Below, piece after piece: positions 17,582 to 27,016 of a stretch of DNA of 64,000 nucleotides (position 1 is the first letter of the stretch; every line of letters starts with the position of its first letter). The notes under the pieces are model-generated. The model had not been told where the DNA came from. It made no database searches and saw only the letters and a list, made by a program, of their open reading frames with translations. The position numbers and the translations under genes were made by a program. Source of the stretch: a virus (taxonomy: Duplodnaviria > Caudoviricetes); the IMG/VR virus record IMGVR_UViG_2915597211_000007, positions 4,560 to 68,559 of that record, one strand, 5' to 3'.

Positions 17582-18280
17582 CTACAAACCGAGTTCACTT
17601 TTCAGTTGAGCGTAAGCCACGCGATCCTCCATGCGTCCTGATTTACGCGCCTTGTCCGCAGCCTCCCGCAATAGTTGCTCGGATGTCTTGTGCGTGTTTT
17701 CCGGCGCTGGATTCGACGGACCACCTACCGTTCTCGGCTGCGGCTTCTGGCCGAGCAGGAACGGTTTATCTTGAACGAGTTTCGCAACAATCGCATCAAC
17801 GCCGACGGGCTTTCCGTCCTCTCCGATTTCTACCGCGGATAAATCGACAAGGCGTAGCGCGTCGTCTGTGTACGCAACGTTGGCGCTCGTAGCAAGCCGG
17901 ATAAATTCGGTTTCGATCTTTTCGCGGCGGATTTGCGCTCTCTCACGCTCCAACTCCGCGTGAAGTTGATCACGTTCCTCTTGCGCCTTTATCGCCGCCT
18001 CTTCCGCACGTTGTTGCGCAGACATATCAGCGAGGCGCTTTTCCTCCGCCAACTTCTCGTACTCTTCCGCTTTCTTCTTGATGTCGTCATAGTCCGCAAA
18101 CTTGTCGTACTTTTTCCGTTCGCGAGCGATGCGATCCGCGACCACCTTGTCAAGTTCCTCTTGCGTAAATGTCTTCGCTGGTTCTTGCGGTGGCTCCGCT
18201 GGCGGATCAGATGGTTCTGGATCAGCGTCAGAAAAATACTGTAGGTTTACGGGAAACAGCGTTTTAAATGCGTTTGTCAT
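17582..18280 (-). CDS. Capsid scaffolding protein
   Basis: NLQYFSD and KTFTQEELDKVVADRIARE motifs; coiled coil. Confidence 0.9.
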   Translation of the reverse strand: MTNAFKTLFPVNLQYFSDADPEPSDPPAEPPQEPAKTFTQEELDKVVADRIARERKKYDKFADYDDIKKKAEEYEKLAEEKRLADMSAQQRAEEAAIKAQEERDQLHAELERERAQIRREKIETEFIRLATSANVAYTDDALRLVDLSAVEIGEDGKPVGVDAIVAKLVQDKPFLLGQKPQPRTVGGPSNPAPENTHKTSEQLLREAADKARKSGRMEDRVAYAQLKSELGL

Positions 18281-18351
18281 ACGTTACCTCCACGTTTTTG
18301 GTCCGCGTAGACCGTAGATTCCGACCGTTTAACGTCAGCTCGTAGGACAAG

Positions 18352-18378
18352 AAAAAGAACGCCGATTACTCGACGTCC
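18352..18378 (-). terminator. Intrinsic terminator at the end of the minor capsid gene
   Basis: GGACGTCGA-GTAA-TCGGCGTTC-TTTTT. Confidence 0.65.
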
Positions 18379-19298
18379 GTGGGATTACGTTTTCCAGTTG
18401 CGAGTGCTTTATCGCCAATCTCCGCTTGTTGCGTGGCTTTATCTCGTACGCGCTCTGGTAAATTATCCGGACGTCTAACGGGCGATACCGTGTGGCGACA
18501 GTTCGGGTGCCATATCTGACCGGACGAACGTAATTGCTCGTACGTTGGATAATTCGCGTCCCCTTCGTCAGTAAGCCGGATAATACGTCCCTCGTGAAAT
18601 CTGCACGCGTCCTTTGCGCCATGCGACGATACGATTCCGTAGAGCACACCGCGCCCTAGCGCCTCGTTCATCGTCGCCTCCGTATGCGCGTACATCGTCT
18701 TTGTGCGTGCGACCATGTCGACGTAGGTTTCTACCTTCCAGCGCCGTCCTCGTGCGTCAATGATCGCGTTATCTGCCGCGTCGCCGAGTTCTTTCCGAAC
18801 CCTTGCGAGAACATCCGTACTAAGCGTTCGCGTACCGTTAACGCCTTTCGCCATATTCGCACGCATAACGTCACCAACGGCTCTACGGACGGCAGCGCGA
18901 ACCCTACGGTCGATATTGTTCGAAACCGCTAGGAGATCGTTTTGCGTATCCGCCACGGCCGCCGCGACCATATTCTGATTCATCCGGTTCAGCTTCGCTT
19001 TCTCGCGCGCCTCTTCGGGTGTTTTAGCAAGACCTAGCGCCATGAGTGTACGCATAACGCCACCAATCGCTGCTGACGGAATTACGCGCTTCACCCAGTC
19101 GAACGACTTTTTTGTCAGACGGCCGAGAATAACGGTGACTTGCGCAAGGACCGATTGCGCCTTGCCACGCGACAAGTCCGTAAGGTCAGTACGGGTTAGT
19201 TCGTCCTGGATATCGGTGACCGCCTCCCGATAGGCTCGCGTCAACTCATCGATGTCGTACTCATAGTTCGGCTCGGGGATGTTGCGGAAGTCCGCCAT
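18366..19298 (-). CDS. Minor capsid/head morphogenesis protein
   Basis: IIDARGRRW.VETY..MV.RT, SSHGAKDAC and HPNCRH motifs. Confidence 0.88.
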   Translation of the reverse strand: MADFRNIPEPNYEYDIDELTRAYREAVTDIQDELTRTDLTDLSRGKAQSVLAQVTVILGRLTKKSFDWVKRVIPSAAIGGVMRTLMALGLAKTPEEAREKAKLNRMNQNMVAAAVADTQNDLLAVSNNIDRRVRAAVRRAVGDVMRANMAKGVNGTRTLSTDVLARVRKELGDAADNAIIDARGRRWKVETYVDMVARTKTMYAHTEATMNEALGRGVLYGIVSSHGAKDACRFHEGRIIRLTDEGDANYPTYEQLRSSGQIWHPNCRHTVSPVRRPDNLPERVRDKATQQAEIGDKALATGKRNPTDVE

Positions 19299-20854
19299 TA
19301 CGCGTCACCACCGGAATTAAAAACGGACGAGTCTACCGTCCCATTCGCGGTTTCTTCGTCCTTCTCAATCCGCGCCATGATCTCGCGCGCCTTTTCGTCA
19401 TCCACTTCGTCCTGACGCTTGATGGCGCTCTGAACGTCAATTGTCGGCTTGTTACCGGTCCGAATCTGCATGATTTCCGCAAGCTCTTTTTCGTCGCGTG
19501 GGATGCCGTCTTTCCACGAAATAGTCGGATAAACCGCTTCATACGGAGTGAATCCGTCAACGCCTTCGTTTGCGTAGTTTTCGAGTAACTGCGCTGTCCA
19601 TAGTGCGTCTCGGAACGCGCGGTCGACGTGTACGCGAATCCGTTTTACTTTCGTTAGGATCGGCATGAACCTCGCCTTGATTGCGACGCCGTCCGTATGC
19701 GACGTGCCCGTTCCGCCTTTGTCTTGCGCGAGCACAGTACCGAACAACCATTGCGGAGTTTCCGACATCTGGAACACGAGTCCAAGTAAGATATCTAGTT
19801 CCTTAAATGCGCCATCCAACTGCGAATTCCACGTCATATAGCCGGGTGCAACGTCGTTCTTATCAACAGGAATGTAACGTCCACTAAATCGCGTTTCAGC
19901 CTCGCCCAAATCCGGACCGTATGCGGTCGGGTCGGAGTGCTTCCAAAGAATATAGTCGATCTGAACGAGCCTATCGTTAATCGCGGCCAGAACGGATTCT
20001 AGCTTTTCGATTCCGCTGATTCCCGCCCAATCGTTGTCTACCGTCTTATACGGAATGTGAAATACGGGAATGTGCGTCAGCCCCGTCTCAACTACGTCTA
20101 CCGTACGTCCGGTTCCGACCTGCTCCGTTATCGTGAACGTTTGGATCGGCGCGTCATACGTGGTGTCTACGCTCTTTGGCGTCATGCGATAACGCTCGTA
20201 TAGAATGAGTCCGGGAACGTGGCGCTCAACGTTTAAGTACGGGACCTCTTCGACATCGCGCTGTTTCGTGAGCGAGAACTTCTCGATACCAGGCTTCGTG
20301 GTATCCGTCACCCATTCGACATACGCGATGTTAACCGCCTTGAAACGTTTGCGTGAGCCACGCGACAACTCCGGAAACACGTACGATGGATCGACCGACT
20401 CAATGATCGGCTCGGGTTGCGCAACCACTTCGTAACCTTCCGGCACCTCCGACATGTCCTGGCGGACAGCGTAATACGATTTGATCCACGAGTCACCACG
20501 AATACCTGCGCCGATAACGATTTCATGGCCGAGTTGAGACAAGTCGTTCTCCTCGACGATCGAGTTGAGGCGCTGTTGTTCCGTTGAGTCATCAGGCTTT
20601 CCGGATTCGTATGACGGAGGCTCCCCGAACATTAAATCGGCCGGTTTCGTGAGAAGCACGTCGATTACGTTGACCGCGACGTACAGTTTCGCGAGTTGTG
20701 GCGCGTGCGGCGTGTCTTTTAGAATGTCCGTGGCGCGCTCGAGCACCTCCGCTTGTTTACCGTCGAATATCTTGTGGCCGCGCGCTTGTTTAGCGAGGCG
20801 TTCGATTGCGTTCTTCGGCGGAAATTGAGCGCCGACTTCGAATAGTTTTGCGAT
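19298..20854 (-). CDS. Portal protein (SPP1 gp6-like), apparent ATC start
   Basis: Frame open 36 codons upstream of the tracked GTG (20746) to AAAGGAGG-N8-ATC GCA AAA CTA TTC; portal-like body between terminase and minor capsid. Confidence 0.88.
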   Translation of the reverse strand: MAKLFEVGAQFPPKNAIERLAKQARGHKIFDGKQAEVLERATDILKDTPHAPQLAKLYVAVNVIDVLLTKPADLMFGEPPSYESGKPDDSTEQQRLNSIVEENDLSQLGHEIVIGAGIRGDSWIKSYYAVRQDMSEVPEGYEVVAQPEPIIESVDPSYVFPELSRGSRKRFKAVNIAYVEWVTDTTKPGIEKFSLTKQRDVEEVPYLNVERHVPGLILYERYRMTPKSVDTTYDAPIQTFTITEQVGTGRTVDVVETGLTHIPVFHIPYKTVDNDWAGISGIEKLESVLAAINDRLVQIDYILWKHSDPTAYGPDLGEAETRFSGRYIPVDKNDVAPGYMTWNSQLDGAFKELDILLGLVFQMSETPQWLFGTVLAQDKGGTGTSHTDGVAIKARFMPILTKVKRIRVHVDRAFRDALWTAQLLENYANEGVDGFTPYEAVYPTISWKDGIPRDEKELAEIMQIRTGNKPTIDVQSAIKRQDEVDDEKAREIMARIEKDEETANGTVDSSVFNSGGDA

Positions 20855-20872
20855 GATGGCGTCCTCCTTTCG

Positions 20873-22573
20873 TTATAAATACGCTGGCTTATCGATTACA
20901 CGCTTTCTACGTTGGCTCGTCGCATCGTACGCCATGTGCAACGCGTCCGGTCCGTCATCATGGTTGTGGTTTGGGTAAAGCTCAAGCATTTCGATAAGCA
21001 ATCGTTGGTCGCGCTTGAATCGTATCTTCCCGTTCAGGATATCCGGGAGCAGTGACTCAATCCGGAGTGCCTTACGCATCCGCTGCTTAATCTCTTTCAA
21101 TCGCCGATGTGTTGGGTACCCGCGCCTCCGTAGCTCCTCCGCCAATTTATGCGCGAACCATTCTTGCGCCTGCTGCGCCTCTACCGCTAGTCCCTCGTAT
21201 TGAAAGCGTATTGCGCGATCGACTACCTCTTTGAGTAGAATGTCCGGATGTACGCGTTTGAGAAAAACGTCCGTAACGTAGCAAACGCCCGTGTCGCGAT
21301 TGCGACCGAGCGTGATAATGGCGGAGTAGTCGCCCTTCTCTTTTCCCATTGCGAAGTCGACCGCGCCAAAGTAATCGAGCGTAATGTGTTCGAGATCGCT
21401 GTCGGTATAATACGTAAACGTTTCCGGGTTAAAAATCTGCGATTCTTCATCGACCGGATTGCCGAGATACTCCTGGTTAAATGCGCGTGCGCCCATCGCC
21501 TCGCGCTTCTCCATGAAAAACTTGTACGAGTATCGCGGCCATAGCGTCTTTGTTCCGCGAAGCAGTTCCGCCTCACTCTCCGTGTAAAATGCGTCTGAGT
21601 TCCGTTTTGCGTCCGGATCGTCAGCGTTATAAATCCGCCGCCATTCTTCCCACAAGTCCTCGCGTTCCGACCACGATAGGATCGCCGGAAACTTGCGCGA
21701 TACAAAGTCCTTACGCTTGGTGAGGACGTGGTTTAGAAGTGAATCGTAATGTACGATCGTCCCCATATATACGCAGAGTCCGCCGAAACCGAGCGCCTCC
21801 AACATCTCCGACCGGAACCAGTGGAGATTCTTTGCGCGCAATTCAGTCGTATTCGTATTCTCTCCGGATTCCAAATCGTCGAGCAAAAATAAGTCCGGAC
21901 GCGTCGACCCATGGCGGAGTCCGCGCATCTGCGTACCCATACCCTTCGCTTCAACTTTCGTGCCCGTCGTCGTAACGAACTCGTACTTGTTGTCCGTATC
22001 GTTCATCGATTTCTTTTCGTACAACAACTCTCCGAAGTCTTCGCGTAGCTTTTCATTAAAGACGAGTTGATTACGCGTCCATTGGATGAAGTCGCCTGCC
22101 ACATCCGTCGTTTCCGAAACCTCGACAATATAACGCTTGTGGCGGAAAGCTACGTTCTTGCAGAGGAACCCGTTGGACAGGTACGCCGTCTTCGCATGGT
22201 TCCGTCCGACCGACCACGCGACGTTTTCGGATACGTTACCCTTCGTAATCTCGTCAAGCAACGCGCAGAGCTCACGGTGGAAGTCCGCAGCGTCTCCGTA
22301 ATCGACTCCCGCCGGGATGAGATTATCCTGGTTACCGGGATTGCGCGCCTCCGAAAAGTATTCGTACATGAACAGGAGTGTATCGTATTCGCACGCATGG
22401 ACCCGTTGCAACTTCGCCAGTTCCGCGTCGAGTATTTCCCATTGGTCAACGTCATAATCGGTCAGTTCGCCCGCGTCCGCCAGCACCTTATACTGCGCGA
22501 TGAGGTCGATTCTACGGTCGATTTCCGCCTGACGCGCAGGGCGATCAAACCACTTACCGTTAAGGAACGCCAA
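20873..22573 (-). CDS. Terminase large subunit
   Basis: GRNHAKT, RPDLFLLDDLE, FNQEYLG, GAVDFA and HDDGPDA motifs. Confidence 0.95.
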   Translation of the reverse strand: MAFLNGKWFDRPARQAEIDRRIDLIAQYKVLADAGELTDYDVDQWEILDAELAKLQRVHACEYDTLLFMYEYFSEARNPGNQDNLIPAGVDYGDAADFHRELCALLDEITKGNVSENVAWSVGRNHAKTAYLSNGFLCKNVAFRHKRYIVEVSETTDVAGDFIQWTRNQLVFNEKLREDFGELLYEKKSMNDTDNKYEFVTTTGTKVEAKGMGTQMRGLRHGSTRPDLFLLDDLESGENTNTTELRAKNLHWFRSEMLEALGFGGLCVYMGTIVHYDSLLNHVLTKRKDFVSRKFPAILSWSEREDLWEEWRRIYNADDPDAKRNSDAFYTESEAELLRGTKTLWPRYSYKFFMEKREAMGARAFNQEYLGNPVDEESQIFNPETFTYYTDSDLEHITLDYFGAVDFAMGKEKGDYSAIITLGRNRDTGVCYVTDVFLKRVHPDILLKEVVDRAIRFQYEGLAVEAQQAQEWFAHKLAEELRRRGYPTHRRLKEIKQRMRKALRIESLLPDILNGKIRFKRDQRLLIEMLELYPNHNHDDGPDALHMAYDATSQRRKRVIDKPAYL

Positions 22574-22574
22574 T

Positions 22575-23030
22575 TTATACGTCCCCTTCCGGTTTGAGCG
22601 ATTCCGCCCTTTCTTTCAGGCGTGCGAGACGGTCTTCGAGCGATTGCGCGGAGCCTGCGTCGTCTGTCGTGATCTCCTGGCGGTCGATGAGCAGTCCGCC
22701 GAATTTATAGAACAGCTCAATGCCCTTCATCGAGCCTTGCCCCTTGATTGTCATGTCCAGGTGTTTCTCCATAATCTGCGGCAAATGCGACATAAACGCG
22801 TCCGCTGACCATGCGTTCGTATACGCAATAAAGTCGCGATTGTGATGCCGCCATTTATACAGCGCGCTGATCGAGCAACGTGCCTGTTCCGCGATTTCAT
22901 CGAGCGTCATGCGACCTTGTTCGCCTGCTTCCGGATTGCGTGGCAAGAAATTGTTGATCGCGAGTAGACGGGCGGCGTCGATTTGTTCGCGAGTGAGCTT
23001 CGCCTCTAATTTACGTAGGTCTTTCGCCAT
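22575..23030 (-). CDS. Terminase small subunit-like HTH protein
   Basis: HTH TLDEIAEQARCSISALYKW; directly upstream of the large subunit. Confidence 0.75.
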   Translation of the reverse strand: MAKDLRKLEAKLTREQIDAARLLAINNFLPRNPEAGEQGRMTLDEIAEQARCSISALYKWRHHNRDFIAYTNAWSADAFMSHLPQIMEKHLDMTIKGQGSMKGIELFYKFGGLLIDRQEITTDDAGSAQSLEDRLARLKERAESLKPEGDV

Positions 23031-23080
23031 GATATCGTCTCCTTTCGTTGGTTAGCGGACGGCTCCGCTTGATCGAACAT

Positions 23081-23114
23081 AAAAAGAAGCCACCGATAGG
23101 CGCTCGGTAGCTTC
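23081..23114 (-). terminator. Intrinsic terminator upstream of the small terminase gene
   Basis: GAAGCTACCGA-N7-TCGGTGGCTTC-TTTTT. Confidence 0.7.
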
Positions 23115-23357
23115 CGTTTAGGCTCGATGCGTATTCGGTTAGACCCGGAGGTTTAAAATTTGCAAGAAAACGTCGCAGGTCAGGCTGGGCGATTTTCGGC
23201 GACCGCCTTGGGGGCTTAATTATCAGAATATTCACGGGTGTTAGCACAATCGCGACTATTCATCGCATGCATAAACATGCACTGTTCGCATTTTGTTTGG
23301 GTCCGATAATATACAATCAGTAAACTGGCGCTCCTTACTTCAATCACGCAGAAACCG

Positions 23358-23456
23358 CGTCAGATCAACGTTTCTGACGTATTCGCCGTTTACATAAAAC
23401 GTTATGCATACGCTCCTTCCGCTGCATAAACGGAAAACCCCGTCAGATCAACGTTT
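23358..23456. repeat. 16-bp direct repeat in the non-coding packaging region
   Basis: CGTCAGATCAACGTTT at 23358-23373 and 23441-23456; several TGCATA copies nearby. Confidence 0.75.
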
Positions 23457-23718
23457 ATACACCGACTGTATACGATGCATAACCGTATATACATTGCATA
23501 ACGGATGCATAAAAGTTGTCGGAATTGTGTATAATACGGACACAATTCGTACAGGGTCGATGTTTTCCGGGCACGTCCGTCTGGAACGTTCGTGCGGATA
23601 CTATCGGGTTCATCGCGCTAGTCATTCGGTACGTTTCGTTGTGCATGCGCTGACACCGCTATTTGCGTTCCTTCAATACATGGCGCGAGTAAACGGTGAT
23701 TGCGCGGACGATACCGAT

Positions 23719-23946
23719 TCAACGTTTTATACACGGTCCGACTTCGCATCTTTCGTATTGTTCATTCCTAACGCCCACATACCGCATCTCCACCCGTTCA
23801 TGTCGCGTTCCAAGACAGACCGAACCGTACCTCTGCGCCCATACTTCCGCAGTGTAGTCCGTTACATTAACGCCATTCTCCGCATTGATTGCGTCTGCTT
23901 CCGCCTGTGTGTCCGTTAGGATTCGCGTTCCGATATAACGTGGCAT
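23719..23946 (-). CDS. Hypothetical protein
   Basis: MPRYIGTRIL...; AAGGAG SD. Confidence 0.55.
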   Translation of the reverse strand: MPRYIGTRILTDTQAEADAINAENGVNVTDYTAEVWAQRYGSVCLGTRHERVEMRYVGVRNEQYERCEVGPCIKR

Positions 23947-24209
23947 GGTCGTGCTCCTTTCCGTCTGAGAACGCAAATAGCGCGGAACCATGACGGCTAC
24001 CGCGCGTATATCTTTTCTTCTTCTTCTTCGAATAAGCTCGCGATAGAATGTCCTCGCATATCCTTTACCGCGTAATCTCTTATTCGCGTATACTCTTTTA
24101 TATTTAAAGAGCGTTCGCGAGTGAAGGAACGTAGTGACTGATTGAGCGATATCTTTTGTTTCTCTTTTACTACTTGCTCTTTTACTTCTTTCTCTTTTTA
24201 CAGTCTGCG

Positions 24210-24271
24210 CAGGACATACTATCGATGATATGTCCAGGACATACTACCGGTAATATGCGCAGGACATACTA
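24210..24271. repeat. Three iteron-like repeats with 25-bp period
   Basis: CAGGACATACTA at 24210, 24235 and 24260, adjoining the stop codon of the upstream ORF. Confidence 0.85.
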
Positions 24272-24275
24272 CGCA

Positions 24276-24839
24276 TTACACCGCCGTTTTCTCGCTCTTT
24301 TTCCGCCTTGTCTTCGGCTTATACACGCTAAAGTCCGGCAGAATAATCTCCCCGAACTCGTCCACGATATAACCATCGTCAGTGATCCGCGGACAGTACG
24401 AAGGAAAATACCATTTGAACCGTTTTGTTCCCTGCCACTGGTCGACCGTCCGTATAATCCCGTTCGTCGCGAGAATGTCCGCTAGGAACTTAATCCGGTT
24501 GCGGTCTACGCTCATCTTTTCGATAATGCTATCGTAATCGAGAAAGCACGCACCGAAACGGTCATTCAACGTACCATCTGCTCGCGTAAAGTTTCCGTCA
24601 ATGTACGATTGCAGCAGGAAGTAGAAGTATACGATATCGCGAACCTCCGGCTTCCTCCGCATGTCGGCGTAAACAACATCGTAAGCCTCTCGTATGATTC
24701 GCGGAAACACCTTCCGCATGAGCTCGCGGTTGTATACTTCGAATCCGCCCGGACCGTCGAGTAGCGCCTGTTTATCGTTTGGCATCGGACGTCTGACGGG
24801 CTGGATCGCGGAGTATTCGATAGGGATAACGTTACTCAT
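24276..24839 (-). CDS. Putative DNA-binding/replication-initiator-like protein
   Basis: HTH-like YDSIIEKMSVDRNRIKFLADIL; followed by iterons; probable ATG at 24839. Confidence 0.55.
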   Translation of the reverse strand: MSNVIPIEYSAIQPVRRPMPNDKQALLDGPGGFEVYNRELMRKVFPRIIREAYDVVYADMRRKPEVRDIVYFYFLLQSYIDGNFTRADGTLNDRFGACFLDYDSIIEKMSVDRNRIKFLADILATNGIIRTVDQWQGTKRFKWYFPSYCPRITDDGYIVDEFGEIILPDFSVYKPKTRRKKSEKTAV

Positions 24840-25164
24840 GCGCGGACACCTCCAACATCGAGCAAGAGAAAGTGGTGCGTAGTAACGCATTAGGCTCACA
24901 ATCACCAGTGTAATGTATCTTATAGTTGATCATTACCGAAGTTGCGCCGCCAGTGGAACACAGCGCCAGGTAACGATGATCACACAATTCCAGTAGTAGT
25001 TTTTGCGTATAGCCAGTGCTAAGACCGACCTCACTCGCTATCTCTTTTATTGTCAGTAAACCGATAAGACCAACTTCACTCTCTGGAAACTTACACACTA
25101 GATTAGTTGTTCTGTGAGTCATAGGTTTCAACTTCTCAAATAGTTTTAAAGCAGCGTTTCTCAT
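24832..25164 (-). CDS. Winged-HTH protein
   Basis: LTIKEIASEVGLSTGYTQKLLLEL; AT-richer than its flanks. Confidence 0.65.
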   Translation of the reverse strand: MRNAALKLFEKLKPMTHRTTNLVCKFPESEVGLIGLLTIKEIASEVGLSTGYTQKLLLELCDHRYLALCSTGGATSVMINYKIHYTGDCEPNALLRTTFSCSMLEVSAHE

Positions 25165-25325
25165 CCCATCGCTTCCCTTCGCGTTATTGTCCGACAGATA
25201 AATAAAACAGCGCAGCAGCGAGTGTCGGGATATCTCGCGTTCGGTTGGCCGACCTAGCCGCGCTTTAGCGTTAACATAGCGTAAATAGGACGCACGATCA
25301 TCGTCATGCGCCCGATTAGGCTGCG

Positions 25326-25754
25326 TTAATCAACGTTTATCAATATTCGTGCTGGACCCGCAATGCTACGGTCGGTCCCGTCTGCTAACGTTATCCCCAC
25401 GACCTTATGCGGAGGAATCACGATCTCCCTTACGCCTGTACGCCGCGCCAGTTCGTCCGTAAGCTCACGCGTTGTGTAATCGGAGAGTGTGCGTTCTCTC
25501 TTCGCTTCGTTTACGGAGTTCAACGACCGCACCGCCGCATCAGCTTCGCGCCTGAGCGCCTTCAATCCCGTTAGCGCGTCCGATACGTCTACGTTGAGTT
25601 TGACGGTGAGATCGCGCGCGGGAGTGATGCGTTCGCCAGCGTGAAGTTGCGCAAGGTATCCGCCATTGTCTGGTACATCCGTGTGCCCCATGATGCGCGT
25701 TCCTCCAGGTGCTCCGTTAACGATTACGTCTGACTCGCGGTCAAATATACCCAT
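25326..25754 (-). CDS. Hypothetical protein (BC1881-like C-terminus)
   Basis: LSDYTTRELTDELARRTGV motif. Confidence 0.65.
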   Translation of the reverse strand: MGIFDRESDVIVNGAPGGTRIMGHTDVPDNGGYLAQLHAGERITPARDLTVKLNVDVSDALTGLKALRREADAAVRSLNSVNEAKRERTLSDYTTRELTDELARRTGVREIVIPPHKVVGITLADGTDRSIAGPARILINVD

Positions 25755-25811
25755 GTCACAACGCCTCGCTTTCGTATAGTTGGCGCTAGGATTCCGCGCC
25801 CTTGCGTAAAC

Positions 25812-25845
25812 AAAAAAAAGAAAAACACCGGTGCGCGACCGATGT
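25812..25845 (-). terminator. Intrinsic terminator
   Basis: ACATCGGT-CGCGC-ACCGGTGT followed by a long T tract. Confidence 0.75.
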
Positions 25846-25862
25846 CCTTCGTTTTGATTGCG

Positions 25863-26066
25863 TTACTCAGCGGTAATGTACTCGTTTGTAGAACCACAGT
25901 GCGGGCATTTCATTTGTAATTTGACGACACTCCCTCTGCGCTCTACTACGGTAGCTCTCACATCGTATGAGCCAAATTCCTCCGGTTTTTCAAGGTAATG
26001 TGCCCAACTAAATGTTCCATTACATTCGTGGCAATACCACTCAGACGAAGTAAACACGGTTCCCAT
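25863..26066 (-). CDS. Small zinc-ribbon protein
   Basis: CHEC...CPHC; GGAGG SD. Confidence 0.65.
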   Translation of the reverse strand: MGTVFTSSEWYCHECNGTFSWAHYLEKPEEFGSYDVRATVVERRGSVVKLQMKCPHCGSTNEYITAE

Positions 26067-26229
26067 ATCTCGCCACCTCCCGTCCTAGTCCTTTCGACAG
26101 GGACTCGGCAAATCCTTCCAGCGTTCGCACCACGAACTTATTCGCGATCCCAACGCTAGGACCCGTCAAAGCAGGTCGTTCGCGGAGCGGAATGGCGTTT
26201 TTAACCGTAGCCAGCGGTGAGATTACGTT

Positions 26230-26322
26230 TTACCAGCCGGGACCGCCGTCAGCGAATGCGCTGGATGCTACGGACAGAGCCGCGACGATTGCGAAGAATG
26301 CTGTGATAGCGAATTTTTTCAT
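26230..26322 (-). CDS. Secreted propeptide releasing the hexapeptide DGGPGW (30 aa)
   Basis: Manual translation MKKFAITAFFAIVAALSVASSAFA-DGGPGW; GGAGG SD; Sec signal ending AFA. Confidence 0.82.
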   Translation of the reverse strand: MKKFAITAFFAIVAALSVASSAFADGGPGW

Positions 26323-26455
26323 ACGTAATTACCTCCGTTTGGTCCGCGTGTGCGGCCGATTATTTTTGCGTTGTGTATGCGCGCCTCGTCCGGACGGTAC
26401 CGGAGTCATCGGCGAAGGTCTCATAACGTATAGATACGAGATTGCGCTAAAGTCG

Positions 26456-27016
26456 TTATTTTTCAATAAAATAGCGGACAACTTCGCCAGGTTTCGTATC
26501 TTTTTCGTATTGTATGCGTCGTTTTTCGTTACGTATCTTCGCGTTCTTATCTACGAACATCATCTCGCGATCGGACCGTTTTCTTCTCGTCGGCTTTCGA
26601 TAACTGGCACCGTCCGATCCGATCTCTTCCGCCATCTTTTCCGAAGTCTCAGCGCCCATACCGCCTTGTCCGCGTTGGTGCTTGCCCTCACGTCGGCGAG
26701 CGAGTTGGATGTCGCTCAATATTGGATACTCGTGGCGCGATACCTTATGCTCGTCGTCGTCCGTTAATTCTTCATGAAGTATGGCGTTCGTTAGGCGTTC
26801 CAGATCGAACGCGTCCGGCAATTCTCCGACACTTTCAAAATACTCCGTTATCAGAGCGTCGACTTCGCGATTACGGCTAGTTCGGTTGGTTAAAGCGGGC
26901 ACTCCCGCACGAATACCGTCAATTAACTCATCGACTGCGACGGAGAATGCGGATTTATAGTCGGCATGATTGCGGAAATACTTCGGTGTGATTGCGTGTT
27001 GGTTGCGTTTATTCAT
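26456..27016 (-). CDS. Hypothetical protein
   Basis: 186-aa ORF in operon; no family recognised. Confidence 0.7.
   Translation of the reverse strand: MNKRNQHAITPKYFRNHADYKSAFSVAVDELIDGIRAGVPALTNRTSRNREVDALITEYFESVGELPDAFDLERLTNAILHEELTDDDEHKVSRHEYPILSDIQLARRREGKHQRGQGGMGAETSEKMAEEIGSDGASYRKPTRRKRSDREMMFVDKNAKIRNEKRRIQYEKDTKPGEVVRYFIEK

Noticed and set aside
23046-23057. CGTTGGTTAGCG shared with 47610-47621
   Set aside because: Only two copies, at different distances from the start codons; could be chance
23404-23919. 171-aa plus-strand ORF and 23455-23646 minus-strand ORF in the packaging region
   Set aside because: No SD, atypical composition, and they overlap repeats and a better-supported minus-strand gene
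26192-26767. 191-aa plus-strand ORF
   Set aside because: No SD or family features; overlaps the DGGPGW gene and 26456-27016 on the opposite strand
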